This document shows positions 37,198-48,413 of a DNA stretch of 64,000 bases, in pieces. Position 1 is the first letter of the stretch. Each line of letters begins with the position of its first letter. The notes under the pieces were generated by a model that was not told the DNA's origin, ran no database searches, and worked only from the letters and a program-made list of their open reading frames with translations. The stretch comes from Podarcis pityusensis (taxonomy: Eukaryota), in NCBI GenBank assembly GCA_964106645.2, contig OZ067043.1; one strand, written 5' to 3'. The translations under genes were made by a program, and so were the position numbers.

Positions 37198-37853
37198 TCA
37201 CTGAATTTTCTTGGAAGACAGGCCCTACCAGCACCACTGCTATGCTCCTAAATGTATTCCAGTTATCCTCAATGTTTCCCTAACTAGCTCACAGACAAGA
37301 CCGAAACACAAAAAATGCAGAGTTGTTTAAAATGTTTGCTTAGGTGTCAGGGACTTCAACATCTGGACAAAACTCAAGTGTACTTCATTAACTTCAGATT
37401 AACCAAAGGCCTGTGGGCCCTGCCTGGTCACTTGCAACAAGGAATGGAAGGATCTGTCCATTTCATTTCTCTCAGTTTCTCATCTTTCCAATTTTAAATT
37501 CAGTTTCCCACATTTCTGCAGCATTTTGTGACTTTTTTTTTTAATCCTCATGAAAATTAGCTACAGTTAGCAAGGTGCCCTGGTTAATTTTCAGATATCT
37601 GCTCAGAAAGGCCACTGAAACCTTTTTGGGTAACCTTTTACTTTAAAGACAATACAGGGTGTTAGAAATTGTTAAGAGTAACATTCCAAATTCAAAGGAA
37701 TTTGTTATTTGTTTCATGGCCATTGCACATGGTACCTGTATGTGTTACTCTACAACACAGGAGAACAGGTATTAAAATCTGTCAAAATAAGCTGTCAGTC
37801 CCCCCGTGGACCTCGTCTCAAGCTCTGTAAACTTAAAAGGAATATCAAGTTAC

Positions 37854-37978
37854 CCAGAACAGTGAGATGGGCTCTGGCAGTGTCTCGATCTAATTCAGTG
37901 CTGGCAACACAGGTGTAATATCCTTGATCTTTTTCAGCCACTCCATATATCGTCAGGCCATCTTCTTCTTTCTTCATC
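37854..37978 (-). CDS. NFASC: NFASC exon, Ig6 second half ([30 protein letters not shown]...LTVL), 125 nt
   Basis: tgaaag| and |gtaact; phase 2-1. Confidence 0.95.
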
Positions 37979-38956
37979 CTTTCACAAAAGGAAAACATCA
38001 GAAATAAATATACACACAGTAAGAATAATCTGACCCCGCAGCTTGCTTCAAGCAATGGCAGGACCAGCTGTAACAGCTATCTTGTGTATGTTTATTCATT
38101 TTAATTATATTTAGTATACTTTTATGCTTCCCTGCATCTTATAATCTAAGGGCAGGTTACAAACAAAATGCAAACATAAGAGATAAAATATAAAATGATC
38201 TAGTACAACAATTTTACGTTCTGTAACATGGATGGGTAAGAAAACAGTCTCTGACCTCTGGTGACCAAATCTTTGTCTGCAATTGAAACCCCCTTTGCAA
38301 TGCCCTTCCATGTAACTGGGTAAAGGTGTCCGTCCACTGGTGCAGAACTCTCATTGCACCCACTGAATGTGCAGGAGATGTACAGACAGCGGGATCCTCA
38401 ACAGTGGTAGCCTTCAGAAAGCTCCAAAATATGGTGTTTTGTGGGTAGGCTGAGCTAGTCCTGGATCTGCTAGAGCTCAAGCTGGCCCTCCTGCTATAAT
38501 TTACCAGCACTGGGCCATATCCAGGCCAGTTCCAGGCTGACCCAACAATTTCCATGCACCTCCACCTTCCAACCTGGCCAGTATGAGCAACCAGGCTAGA
38601 GATACGGCAGTAGCTCCACCTCTCTATCACACCCTGCTGCTGTCGTCTAGACTTTAGATTCTCCTGCCAAGCTTTTAATTTCCAGTAAGAGGTAAGAAAC
38701 ACACCCACTGTTATTTTCACACAGTCTGCTACTTCTGTTGTATGTCAGAGTAAGCAATATTAACTGCTGCATAGAGACACCACCCCAAGGAACAATATGG
38801 CAACAATTGGCCATTCCAAGTTTATTTATACTGTAAGACACTAATTAACAAATTACATGGAAATAATATTATTCAGTATGGTAGAAGAAGAGAGTGATTC
38901 TGGCTGGCTTTGGCAGCACAGCTACCTTATATAAAGTCAGACTATTTGTCCATCTA

Positions 38957-39093
38957 CAGATGGGGGAACCTTTGGCCCTGCAGATGTTGTTGGATTCCAA
39001 CTCCCATCAGCCCTAACCAGCTTGGCCAATGATCAGGGATGATGGGAGTTATAGTCCAACAACATCCAGAAGCCCATGGCTTTCTCATCCCTG
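38957..39093. mobile_element. hAT palindromic MITE nested in a SINE
   Basis: Same core; interrupts a minus-strand SINE at its ATCTA(G) site. Confidence 0.7.
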
Positions 39094-39349
39094 ATCTAGG
39101 TCAATATTGTCTACTCTGGTTGGCAACAGCTCTCGAGGGTCCTATCACTTATCACTTGATAATTTTACCTGGAGATGTCAGGGGCAGAACCTGGGACCTT
39201 AAAACTACAGTCCCCCTCCCTGGAGAAAAGACAGCAGTACAGCTTACCAAGATGGCAAAATGATTTATTCCTTCTTTGTGTCCTCTGGATACATAAAATG
39301 TTAACATCTTGAGAAACATACAACCTATGAAAACGAAGACAGCACAGAC

Positions 39350-39497
39350 CTGCTTCCAAAGTACAGGGGGGAATCATCCTTGAGCCAGGTGACCGTAAGT
39401 CTCAGCGTGGGGTCATGCCTAACCCGACACATTAGATGAACTGTGGAACCCTTCTTTGGCACAGCATCCTTTGGCCCATCTATGATCCTCGTTAGAT
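39350..39497 (-). CDS. NFASC: NFASC exon, Ig6 first half ([11 protein letters not shown]...[19 protein letters not shown]...GSR), 148 nt
   Basis: Manual translation; ttcacag| and |gtctgt; phase 1-2. Confidence 0.94.
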
Positions 39498-39817
39498 CTG
39501 TGAAGAGTTATACAGTTATAAATCGTAAGAATGTAATTTTGGGGACTGTGCGAGTAGTCAGTCGAAGTCTAGTGGATGAAACCACAGTCACTTTGGGCAA
39601 TGAGAAATAATTTAGTCAGATTGCAGAGTTCCTACAGATTTCTAGCTGCAATTCTTTTCCATACCGATAACTACACGTTTAAGAGTGATAAATCCTGTAA
39701 ATGTTCTTTTATTCCATAGCAATGCCAACTTTCAATACACATGGTGGTGGTATCTGAGACGTGTACTTTTGTGCTATGGATCGATTTGATAAATGGCTGT
39801 TTTAGAAAAGCAAGTTA

Positions 39818-40248
39818 CTGTATTTTTCCGTGTATTGGAAAAAGACACAGAAAAATCATGTCAAAAAACTGGGGTTGTCCAATACACGGATAGTGGCATG
39901 GGGGGGGGGGAGAGATGTTGCGTGCAGGGAGCTATCTGGGGGCACTGGCTGGTGGCGCACAGTTTCTCCTGATGCCGCTGTGCATGGGAAGCACTCCCTG
40001 GATCGTTTCCCACGCACAGCGGCATGGGGGAAGGTGCCCTCCAGCCAACTGGCTGGCTGGCTGGAGCGCAACTTTCCTTGATGCTGTTGCGCACGGGAAA
40101 CCATCTAGGCAGTGTTTCCTGCCCACAGCTGCATGGGCAGAGAGGCTCAACAACTTTGGGCCATCTCCCCTCATTTTCTTAAAATGGAGTCCCCCCAAAT
40201 AGGGGGGAGTCTTATATATGGGGGCATCTAATAGACGGAAAAGTACGG
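39818..40248. mobile_element. Tc1/mariner-type non-autonomous element
   Basis: TA|CTGTATTTTTCCGTGTATT ... AATAGACGGAAAAGTACGG|TA imperfect TIRs around a GC-rich interior. Confidence 0.7.
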
Positions 40249-41063
40249 TATATCACAAATTCCAGTGGCAGGAACTGACCTGGTTTGGATAAGCTGTTTT
40301 AAATATTTCAGGTTACAGATATGTACTTCTCCAATATATTCACTGAGTCCCACTCTGCGGTCCCTCCAGAGTTCTCAGCATCTGCTTAGGGAGCCCCCAA
40401 AGGCAAGGACGCCCAATGCTGACAGAGTGTGTGACAGAGTGTGTCCCCTTTCAGCTCACCGTCTCCATTCGTACCTCTTCTTTTATCCCACCCTGTCTCC
40501 TTACTCTCTATAATCTTTATATTTCCACCTCCTTCTCCTTTATTTCTATCTTTCCTTTACCCTACCCCCCTCCACTTAACGTATGTTGCAAGGATCTACT
40601 GATTAGGTGGTGAAACAGGGTCAAATGACAGATCCCTCCTGTCACTGGAGTGTGGTGCATGGTGTTGGGAGTCCATAGCATTCCCATCTCTGTGGCCAAA
40701 GCTAGATAGCCTCTGTATCTTCTCATAATGAAACAGGTAAGCAGGATGGGAAATGAACCAACTCACAGGCCTTTAGGAAATTGTTGCTTAGTGTTAGTTT
40801 GGGGAAGTCTATCAGCTATAACTCAACAAGTGACAGAGGCCCACAGTCCATTTATTTCAGGAACACTCAATCAGTCACATCATAGCATGTATTGCTGCTT
40901 TCCCTCCTGGTTATACTTAAAGCTACCTTAAGACCCACTGAAGAGCACAGCTATTTAACCTTATGAGCATGAACTAAATATAGCATTCTTGTCATCAAAG
41001 GGTACCCAAGATCTACATTATCTGGAGGATACTTGCTCTCTGCTTAAACAGAAGCCATCTTAC

Positions 41064-41230
41064 CTTTTATTTCCAAACGAACCTGGTTCTGTGCTTTGCC
41101 CAGAAGATTGGTGGCCACACAGGTGTAAGTTCCTTGGTCTTCTTTCCGAGCCCTGATTATTTCCAAAGTCCCATTCTCGTGCACTATATAGTTGCCACCG
41201 TGCAGTGTGCTTCCCTGGCCATTCTTAAAC
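41064..41230 (-). CDS. NFASC: NFASC exon, Ig5 second half (FKNGQGS...[11 protein letters not shown]...RLEIK), 167 nt
   Basis: gtgag| acceptor and |gtaaga donor; phase 2-1. Confidence 0.94.
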
Positions 41231-41495
41231 CTCACAACAACACAAGAGAATGCTTTTAAGAGAGGGAAGCAGAATAAAGGTGCAGATTGACTTCCAAGTG
41301 TGGGTACAGGATTGCAGAGAAAGTGAGCAATCCTCTGCTCAGTAGGCAGGCGGTTGAGATACATCCAAGATACATTCCTTTATGGCCATTTATCAATGAA
41401 TTGAAACACATTTGATTCTAATAGAAATTCAATTGATTTAAAAAAAGATTATCTTTCCCAAACAGATGCTATGGCTTAATAATAAAAATCGTTAC

Positions 41496-41607
41496 CATCG
41501 TAATGTGGGGATTGGGGATCCAAAGAATGGACAGTCAAGACGAGTCCGGTTGTTTAGAATTACTTTGATCAGCTGATTACGAGGGGCAAGGATCCGAGGA
41601 ATAACAT
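41496..41607 (-). CDS. NFASC: NFASC exon, Ig5 first half ([16 protein letters not shown]...[14 protein letters not shown]), 112 nt
   Basis: Manual translation; tttaaag| and |gtaacg; phase 1-2. Confidence 0.95.
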
Positions 41608-42007
41608 CTTTAAAAGAGATAGATAGATAGATAGCCTATAAAGGTAGTCAGAAATTTTCATTTGTTTTACAGAATATATTTCATTTCTAGCTTTACATTT
41701 TTGTTTATTTGGCTTTTGCTTATTGTTTTCATAAATGGATTTTTGTCCTCAATCCATTCTAGATGGGATGTGTAACACAATTAGCTTTAGAACGGAATAA
41801 ATATATTCCTTTTGCCTACCAGTAACTGCCTACACATATAAGTAAACTCCTTTGCCTTTCATTAGTTAGATCAGTTGGCATTCAAGGATGTTATGGTTTG
41901 CTAGGGAAAGAGAAATAATGATTTTCATGTTCACTTCAAAATAATGCGTTCAGTGACCCTCTATAATCTAAAGATGTCAAGAGCCCATTTGTCCATTCAA
42001 TACTTAC

Positions 42008-42151
42008 CCAGCACACTGACAAAGGCATTAGCCAGCAGGTACCCATGTTCATTAGAAGCATTGCATTGGTATACAGCACTGCTGCCACTTTGGATGTCCC
42101 GAAACATAACAGTGTCTCCCGTTACTTCACGGCTCGGGTTGGGAGTGGAAC
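42008..42151 (-). CDS. NFASC: NFASC exon, Ig4 second half ([13 protein letters not shown]...[21 protein letters not shown]), 144 nt
   Basis: Manual minus-strand translation (not in the ORF track); ctcaaag| and |gtaagt. Confidence 0.95.
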
Positions 42152-42541
42152 CTTTGAGAAAGACATAAACATAAGTGATACACAGTTTTTAGCATTGCCA
42201 TTAATAGGGCTTGGCTAATCTGCCAATTTTGGTTTCTCCCCTTTTCTCGTTTTCCCAAGTCTTCCATTTTCCACATCAATTTGTGTCTTTTTTAAAGTCC
42301 TCATGAAAATTCACCAGAATTTAAGTGTGAATTTATTTTAATATACAGTATTGCATGTTTCTATGCAATTTTGCCCAATATACACATTTTTGCAAAGCTG
42401 AACATCTCAACATGGAAATGACTTCCTTTTCTGTGGTGCTTAAAGGCAGATCCCCATTATCATAATAGTTCACTATGGGAATAAATGAATTTGTTCAGAA
42501 TTCTGTCTTCCCTTTAAAAGATTAGCATGACTGATGCTATG

Positions 42542-42756
42542 CACTGGCGGAGGAAGAGGAGTGAGGGGGAGCGCACCGCCCCTGGCAGCATGATCCCTGT
42601 GGGGTGCCAACACGGCTGTCCCCCTGCCTGCACTGGGAGCCACGCCCTGCAGGCAGCGTGCCATGCCCCCAGGACGCGTGCCACGCCCCTGGGATGTGCG
42701 CCGGGCCCACCCCCACCTGCTCTCCGCCCCACGGTGCTGGTGAAGCTCCGCCACTG
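42542..42756. mobile_element. hAT non-autonomous element (CAGTGGCG-type TIR), GC-rich
   Basis: TIR CACTGGCGGAG/CTCCGCCACTG; perfect 8-bp TSD ATGCTATG at 42534-42541 and 42757-42764. Confidence 0.85.
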
Positions 42757-42879
42757 ATGCTATGTATGGTCATCAGTTAAGATCACATTTACTTGAAATT
42801 ACAGCATTTTCTTCTCCACACCCATGAAATCAAGATACATTATAAGCCATTATCTTCTGTTCATAACAGGTTTGCTTAC

Positions 42880-43011
42880 TTTCTATAGGTTCTCCATTCA
42901 CCAGCCACTGGATGGAAGGCTTGGGGTTACCATTGGCTCGGCAAACCAGTCTCCCATCCTCACCAGGAGCCAAAATAAGATTCTCTGGTTCATCCAACCA
43001 GTAAGGAGCAG
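42880..43011 (-). CDS. NFASC: NFASC exon, Ig4 first half ([12 protein letters not shown]...NGEPIE), 132 nt
   Basis: ctaaag| and |gtaagc; phase 1-1. Confidence 0.96.
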
Positions 43012-43633
43012 CTTTAGAACAAGAGAGTGAGAGACACACACCAAAGTGTATTATAGCTATCTCAGCAAAGCTCCTTTTGTGTTCTTTCAGCATAGGCTAT
43101 ACTGATTAGTATAGAAAAGTGACTGATAATCATCCTTCTGTACCATTTTTTTAAAACGCACCATCTCAAGAACAGCTGAACATGACCAGCATAGACATAT
43201 ACAGCAGACACGATAAGCCTGTGTCAATAACACTTAATAAAAATCCAGCAGCAGTAAGCAGCCATATTAATTTCCCACAAAGTATCAAAGCAAGGTTTTC
43301 AGGCATTGTGGGAAACTTAAGTGGCCACAAAGCACTGCCACCACCAGGCATGGCTGGGGGACTCTGTCCTAGGAGGGGCTGACTAAAGGGCACTTTGCCC
43401 ATGATCCTCTCAAACGTGGAGCTTGCCTTGGTAGATTGTAGTTTTATGGGAGGAAACCAGCACTTTGGTATAGGTTATAAAACAATTAAGGTCAAAATTG
43501 ATGTCACTGCTGGAAATGTTTGGTTATTATTACTAAGTGTTTTTTGTGGATATTACACCGCCAGGATAAGATACAGCTAGGGTTCTTCTTATATAACACA
43601 GGGAGGATTCACCTTACTGGTAGCAAAAGAGTA

Positions 43634-43875
43634 CAGTGGTACCTCAGGTTACAAACACTTCGGGTTACAAACATTTTGGGTTACAGACTCCACTAACCCG
43701 GAAGTAGTACCTCGGATTAAGAACTTTGCCCCAGGATGAGAACAGAAATCGCACGGCAGTGGTGTGGCGGCGGCGGGAAACCCCATTAGCTAAAGTGGTA
43801 TCACAGGTTAAGAACGGTTTCAGGTTAAGAACAGACCTCCGGAACGAATTAAGTTCGTAACCAGAGGTCCCACTG
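43634..43875. mobile_element. Tc1/mariner-type MITE (242 bp)
   Basis: TA|CAGTGGTACCTCAGGTTAC ... GTAACCAGAGGTCCCACTG|TA; repeated GGTTA subterminal motifs. Confidence 0.82.
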
Positions 43876-44707
43876 TACTGTTCTCATTCATGTAAATAAA
43901 AATTCTATTGTCTCTTTGCTGAAGTCAGTCTTTTTTCATATTGACAGGAACAGTAATGTTCTGGAGGCACAAATTAGATCAACCTGGGTTGAGGAAACAT
44001 GCATCTCTCATAATGACAGAATGTTGTATAGGGGATGTATTCTCCCTAATGATATTAATGACTAGGTGTATTAAGTCTGAATGCTCATCTATGGAATAAA
44101 TATTCCTAGGAACATATATCAAGCATGTGAGAAATAAGAGTTATCTTGAGTCCTTTCCCTTGACATCTGGTTTTCAGCATGCAGGTTTTTTTTTTTTAAA
44201 AAAAATAATAATGCAAGAACATTCCATCCTGAAATCTCCCACCTGCAGTCCAGTTTCAACACATAACCTTCAAGTAGTACAGTTTCAACCCATAACCTGC
44301 CGCTCGTGTTAATCAGAGAACGCTGTTATTGGGTGGCATATAAATGTGGCAGATAGATAAATAGCTCTTATTTCAGCAACAGGCTTCATGCAGTTTAAGA
44401 AAAATACTTCCTGAACATTTCCCATAAAACCAAGCCAGCAATGACAGGCTTATGCTCTCTTCTGCCAAGTACAAGGAAGATATATGAGCCACAAGCTTAG
44501 ATGGCAGAGGATTTCAATAGTTTAGCTAGAAGGGTGTGTATGAATGAAATATTTCTTATCTTTGGTTGCTACAGAGGAAGATTTCCCAGGTTAGCCTGAT
44601 CCCATCCTTCTAGGACAGAACACTCTGTTCTCCGTAAATCCCTCCCAGGTGCCTTTTGATTTGCTAATTGGCAAAGGAATAAGAATGGTATAGTAAATAT
44701 GACGTAC

Positions 44708-44892
44708 CCTTCACTCTCACCGAGATTGTGTGGCGGCTAGTTCCCACTTTGTTGGAAGCTAAGCAGAAGTATTCCCCAGAATCTTCCTCAGAAACATTGG
44801 CAATATGAAGAGCCTTGTTGAAGTTCTCCAGCTTGGTCCTGCCTGCTGGGAGATCACCTCCTTTCTTGTGCCACACGATGTCTGGTGTTGGG
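44708..44892 (-). CDS. NFASC: NFASC exon, Ig3 second half ([12 protein letters not shown]...TISVRVK), 185 nt
   Basis: cctgtag| and |gtacgt; phase 2-1; DSGEYFC Ig motif. Confidence 0.96.
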
Positions 44893-46039
44893 CTACAGGA
44901 AAGAGGAGAACAGGGTTTGACATGAAGCCTCTCCCAACATGAAATGTACACTATAAAGGAATTCCCTGCAGCCTAGCTTCTTAATTTAAAGCTGGGGTTC
45001 TCACTTAGCATTCTCTCAAAATCCCAGACAAGCACTGCCAAGGAGGTTGTGAGGATGTACCTTCACTGAAGAAAACCAACGATTTAATGCTTAAGAACAT
45101 GCACGTACAAGATTCTGTGTTAAACCCCTGGTTTCTGTGGTAATAATATTTCAGGGAGCAGTTCATAGAAAGACTTTGGTCTGAGAGAGCCTTGTAAGCC
45201 ATTGACACTTGAGAATAGACAATTATGGGTGGTATCCAACTAATGTGTGGTGTCAGTGCAAGGATTTATCTTTGTACAACAAAACTTTCCCCTTCTCTCC
45301 TTCCCCACTGCATACTCCCCCCCACTCTGTTCTGGAGGGGGAATCCCTGGGACAGATATGGGGTGGCATGGGGGAGGAGAAGGGGGAAGTGCCATTGCCC
45401 ATCCTTGCACTGATGGCACCTGTTAGTTGTATAATAAATATTGAATCTGGCTTATGGGTCATGTAAATTGCTTGAATGAAGCTTCCTACTGATAATCACT
45501 ATTTTGTAGTTACAGGAGTTAATGTTGGCAGTATAAACTGTGATAACTGATCTTTACTGGTAGATCACTGGACGCCTGTGGCAGATCACTGGCTCCCCCC
45601 CCCCCAAGAAGCTGAACAACTTTGGCTCCCCTAAAAAAAAAAGCTGAACAACTTTGACCTGAACCCCCCAAAACAGGGCTTTCCTTCCTGCCAGTTTATA
45701 ACTGTGAGTAGATCACAGTCTCTTGGGGGTTGGCCACCCCCGCCATATATTATCCCTGTACTGCTCTTGAAAAGCTCTCATAACCATAGATATTACTGTT
45801 GATGTTAACAACAGTCAAGCCACATCCCATTAAAATGAATGGATTTTAGTTTCCCATTGGAGCCACGTTATTTCACATCCTTAAAGGAGATGCTATTTGC
45901 TAACACTCCAATAAGGAGGAATCAACAGTCAGCTGTGATTTTACCCCCATGAAAATCTGCAGGAAACATAAGATCTAGACCAGGAGGATAGAGACGTATG
46001 TGACACACCATGGTTCCCCTGATCCCAAGTGGTACGTAC

Positions 46040-46151
46040 ACTCCCGAGGCAATGCATTCCAGCAAGAGGTCCTCCCCTCTCAGCACCATCTGATTGCTTG
46101 AAGTCCCAATGGGGTACATGAAGCTGGGGTGCCTTTCTGTGATACCTCGGG
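46040..46151 (-). CDS. NFASC: NFASC exon, Ig3 first half ([13 protein letters not shown]...ECIASGV), 112 nt
   Basis: tttcag| and |gtacgt; phase 1-2. Confidence 0.95.
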
Positions 46152-48234
46152 CTGAAATCAGGACATAAGGGGGAAAAATACACACTTGTAAATCCTTCTT
46201 CTCTACAGAGTGACTGGAAATGAAAGACAACCAACAGCAGGAGACAGGATGTAAACATATCAAGAGGCACAGAAAATCAGAGTCTTTCCAACCCCACAGA
46301 CTTGATGGGGAAGTCTCTGTAGAGGTTGAGGCAGATGCTGAAATGATAAATTGAAATGGAAATAACAGACAAGGGAAGGAAGGAGCAGGGAATGGCAAGA
46401 AGGAATGGTGATGTTCCAGACGGATCACTTTATTCATAGCAAGAACACGTCAATTTAAGTAAGATTTTGCATTTAACAATGTACATGCTTTGACTCTGAA
46501 AAGCAGCTCTTGTAAAATTATAGATTTCCATTTCTCTTCAAAATAAATTATTTCACTGCAGTCAATGGGCCTTGACAAGGATAAATGTAGCTGGACTGTT
46601 GTTTCTACTTGAGAGCAAATACAGAATGATTGTCATTTCTACATTATCAATTTCAGTCTGGTGAATTTGCTAGAACTAATTAGGGATGTTCTGGGGGAAG
46701 AAAAAATAAATGTGACAAACACAGAGTTTAGATCTTATGCACTAAATTACTTCTATCCTCTATAATTACTTTCTGCGATTTACCACTCCTGTATCTCTCA
46801 AAAATAGATTTATTTTGTAATGGACTAGTTTGGGTTACAAATGACTCCCGTACAAAATACACAAATTTTCTCTTCTGAACATAATAGTGTTGCCTACTAA
46901 GAAAAAGCGCATAAATTTCAGTTGGATAGGAATGAAAATAACATAGTAGCGAAATATTTCAATATCTACAGGGCCTCATAATCCAAGACCCTTCTTTGTG
47001 TGCCTCCTCCATGAGAGGTCTGGAGGGTGGCAATATGAGATATAATATTAAAATTAAAATTATTATTTGTTTTTTATACTACCCTTCATCTGTAGATTTC
47101 ATGGCAGTTTGCAGCATAAAAATACAAGATAAAAGCAACAAATACATAATAAAAACAAGAAAAGAACAAACCAGCACCCTCCCCAGAATAGATGTAAATA
47201 CAAGAAGGCTGCTCACATAGGATGTAAAAACACAGTACATAGACAGAGCTCTTTTCTGCACCAGGCAAGCAATAGTGCAACACAAGACATCTGCGCATTT
47301 AAATGAAAATTAACCCAGTAGCATGATGACATTACAATCTGTGCTAATGAATGGTGTCACAAGACATTATCACAATAATAATAACAACATAGTTATTCTG
47401 TGCTACTCAGTGTGGGGACATCACTTTCAGGAACTGGAGATTTCCATAGATGATGACACACACAGCCTGCAAAGAAGGGGAACAAACATTTAAGGCAAGA
47501 TGACTGACAAGACAAGAACCATGGAAGTGTTAAAACACAGAAACCAAAAAAGTACATGGAAGACTGATAAAAAACCACCACAACAGTTTTCCATAAATGC
47601 ATGAAAGAAGTCTGCAAAGGAAACAGACTAACCACATGCATAAAACATAGACGTGGGCAAAGGAGACGTGATAGGCTGAAAGCAACAGAGGCAACAACAA
47701 CAAAAAAGCAGGTTATTTTCCAGCTTGATGAAGCCATGTTAACAGTGGTGTTAAATGAGGTAAATGTCTGGCATTAGCCAAGAGATATTCAAGGCTAAAA
47801 GAGGAAGCAAATTATGGACTGGAGCTACTGGACTAAGATAAATGGATGCTGCAATGTAAGACATGTACTGAATGAATTGGTTTAGACAAATATTTCTACT
47901 ACACTGATGAAAACTCCACCCTGAACCAGCAGTTCAGCAAGAGGCTATGTTCTGTTTACGGGCATGGGTGCTGAAGATCTCTCATACGTATAGGCAGGAA
48001 AGGAATGTAGGGTCAATGATAAACGTCCGCAAAATTAAGTTCACCTGCAGGCTGAGCCTAAGGACTTCATTAGGAAAACCCGCAATTCAAACTTCCAGGC
48101 TTGTTCACAAGCCGCAGCAGCAACATATGAAATGACAATATATATGCAAGCATGTAGTTAATTAATTATTTGGTTAGCAGCATATCACTACAAAGTAAAT
48201 AACTGATAGCAGTTACAAGACATATTTCAGATTG

Positions 48235-48413
48235 CTTCACTGACCACTTGCTTTGCATACAGACGAGACTTGGTTCAATCCCTGGCATCTCCAGGGATCT
48301 CTGGGAAAGACCCCTTTCTAAAGCCCTGGAGAGCACAGGGTCAGCCCAGGGAGTTCTAAGCTGGGTGGACCAATGGTCCACCTCAGTATAAGGCAGTTTC
48401 CTAAATTCCTATG
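48235..48413 (+). mobile_element. tRNA-derived SINE copy
   Basis: GGTTCAATCCCTGGCATCTCCAGG...GGACCAATGGTC..CTCAGTATAAGGCAGTTTCCT. Confidence 0.65.

Noticed and set aside
38214-38720. 168-aa minus-strand ORF in the Ig6 intron
   Set aside because: No recognisable domain, and the flanking exons join in frame without it
45225-45430. Palindromic element similar to ~10395-10605; other old repeats near 15610-15930, 55880-56245, 57590-57765, 58480-58862 and 60690-60797
   Set aside because: Probably decayed MITEs, but ends and families could not be defined confidently without a repeat library
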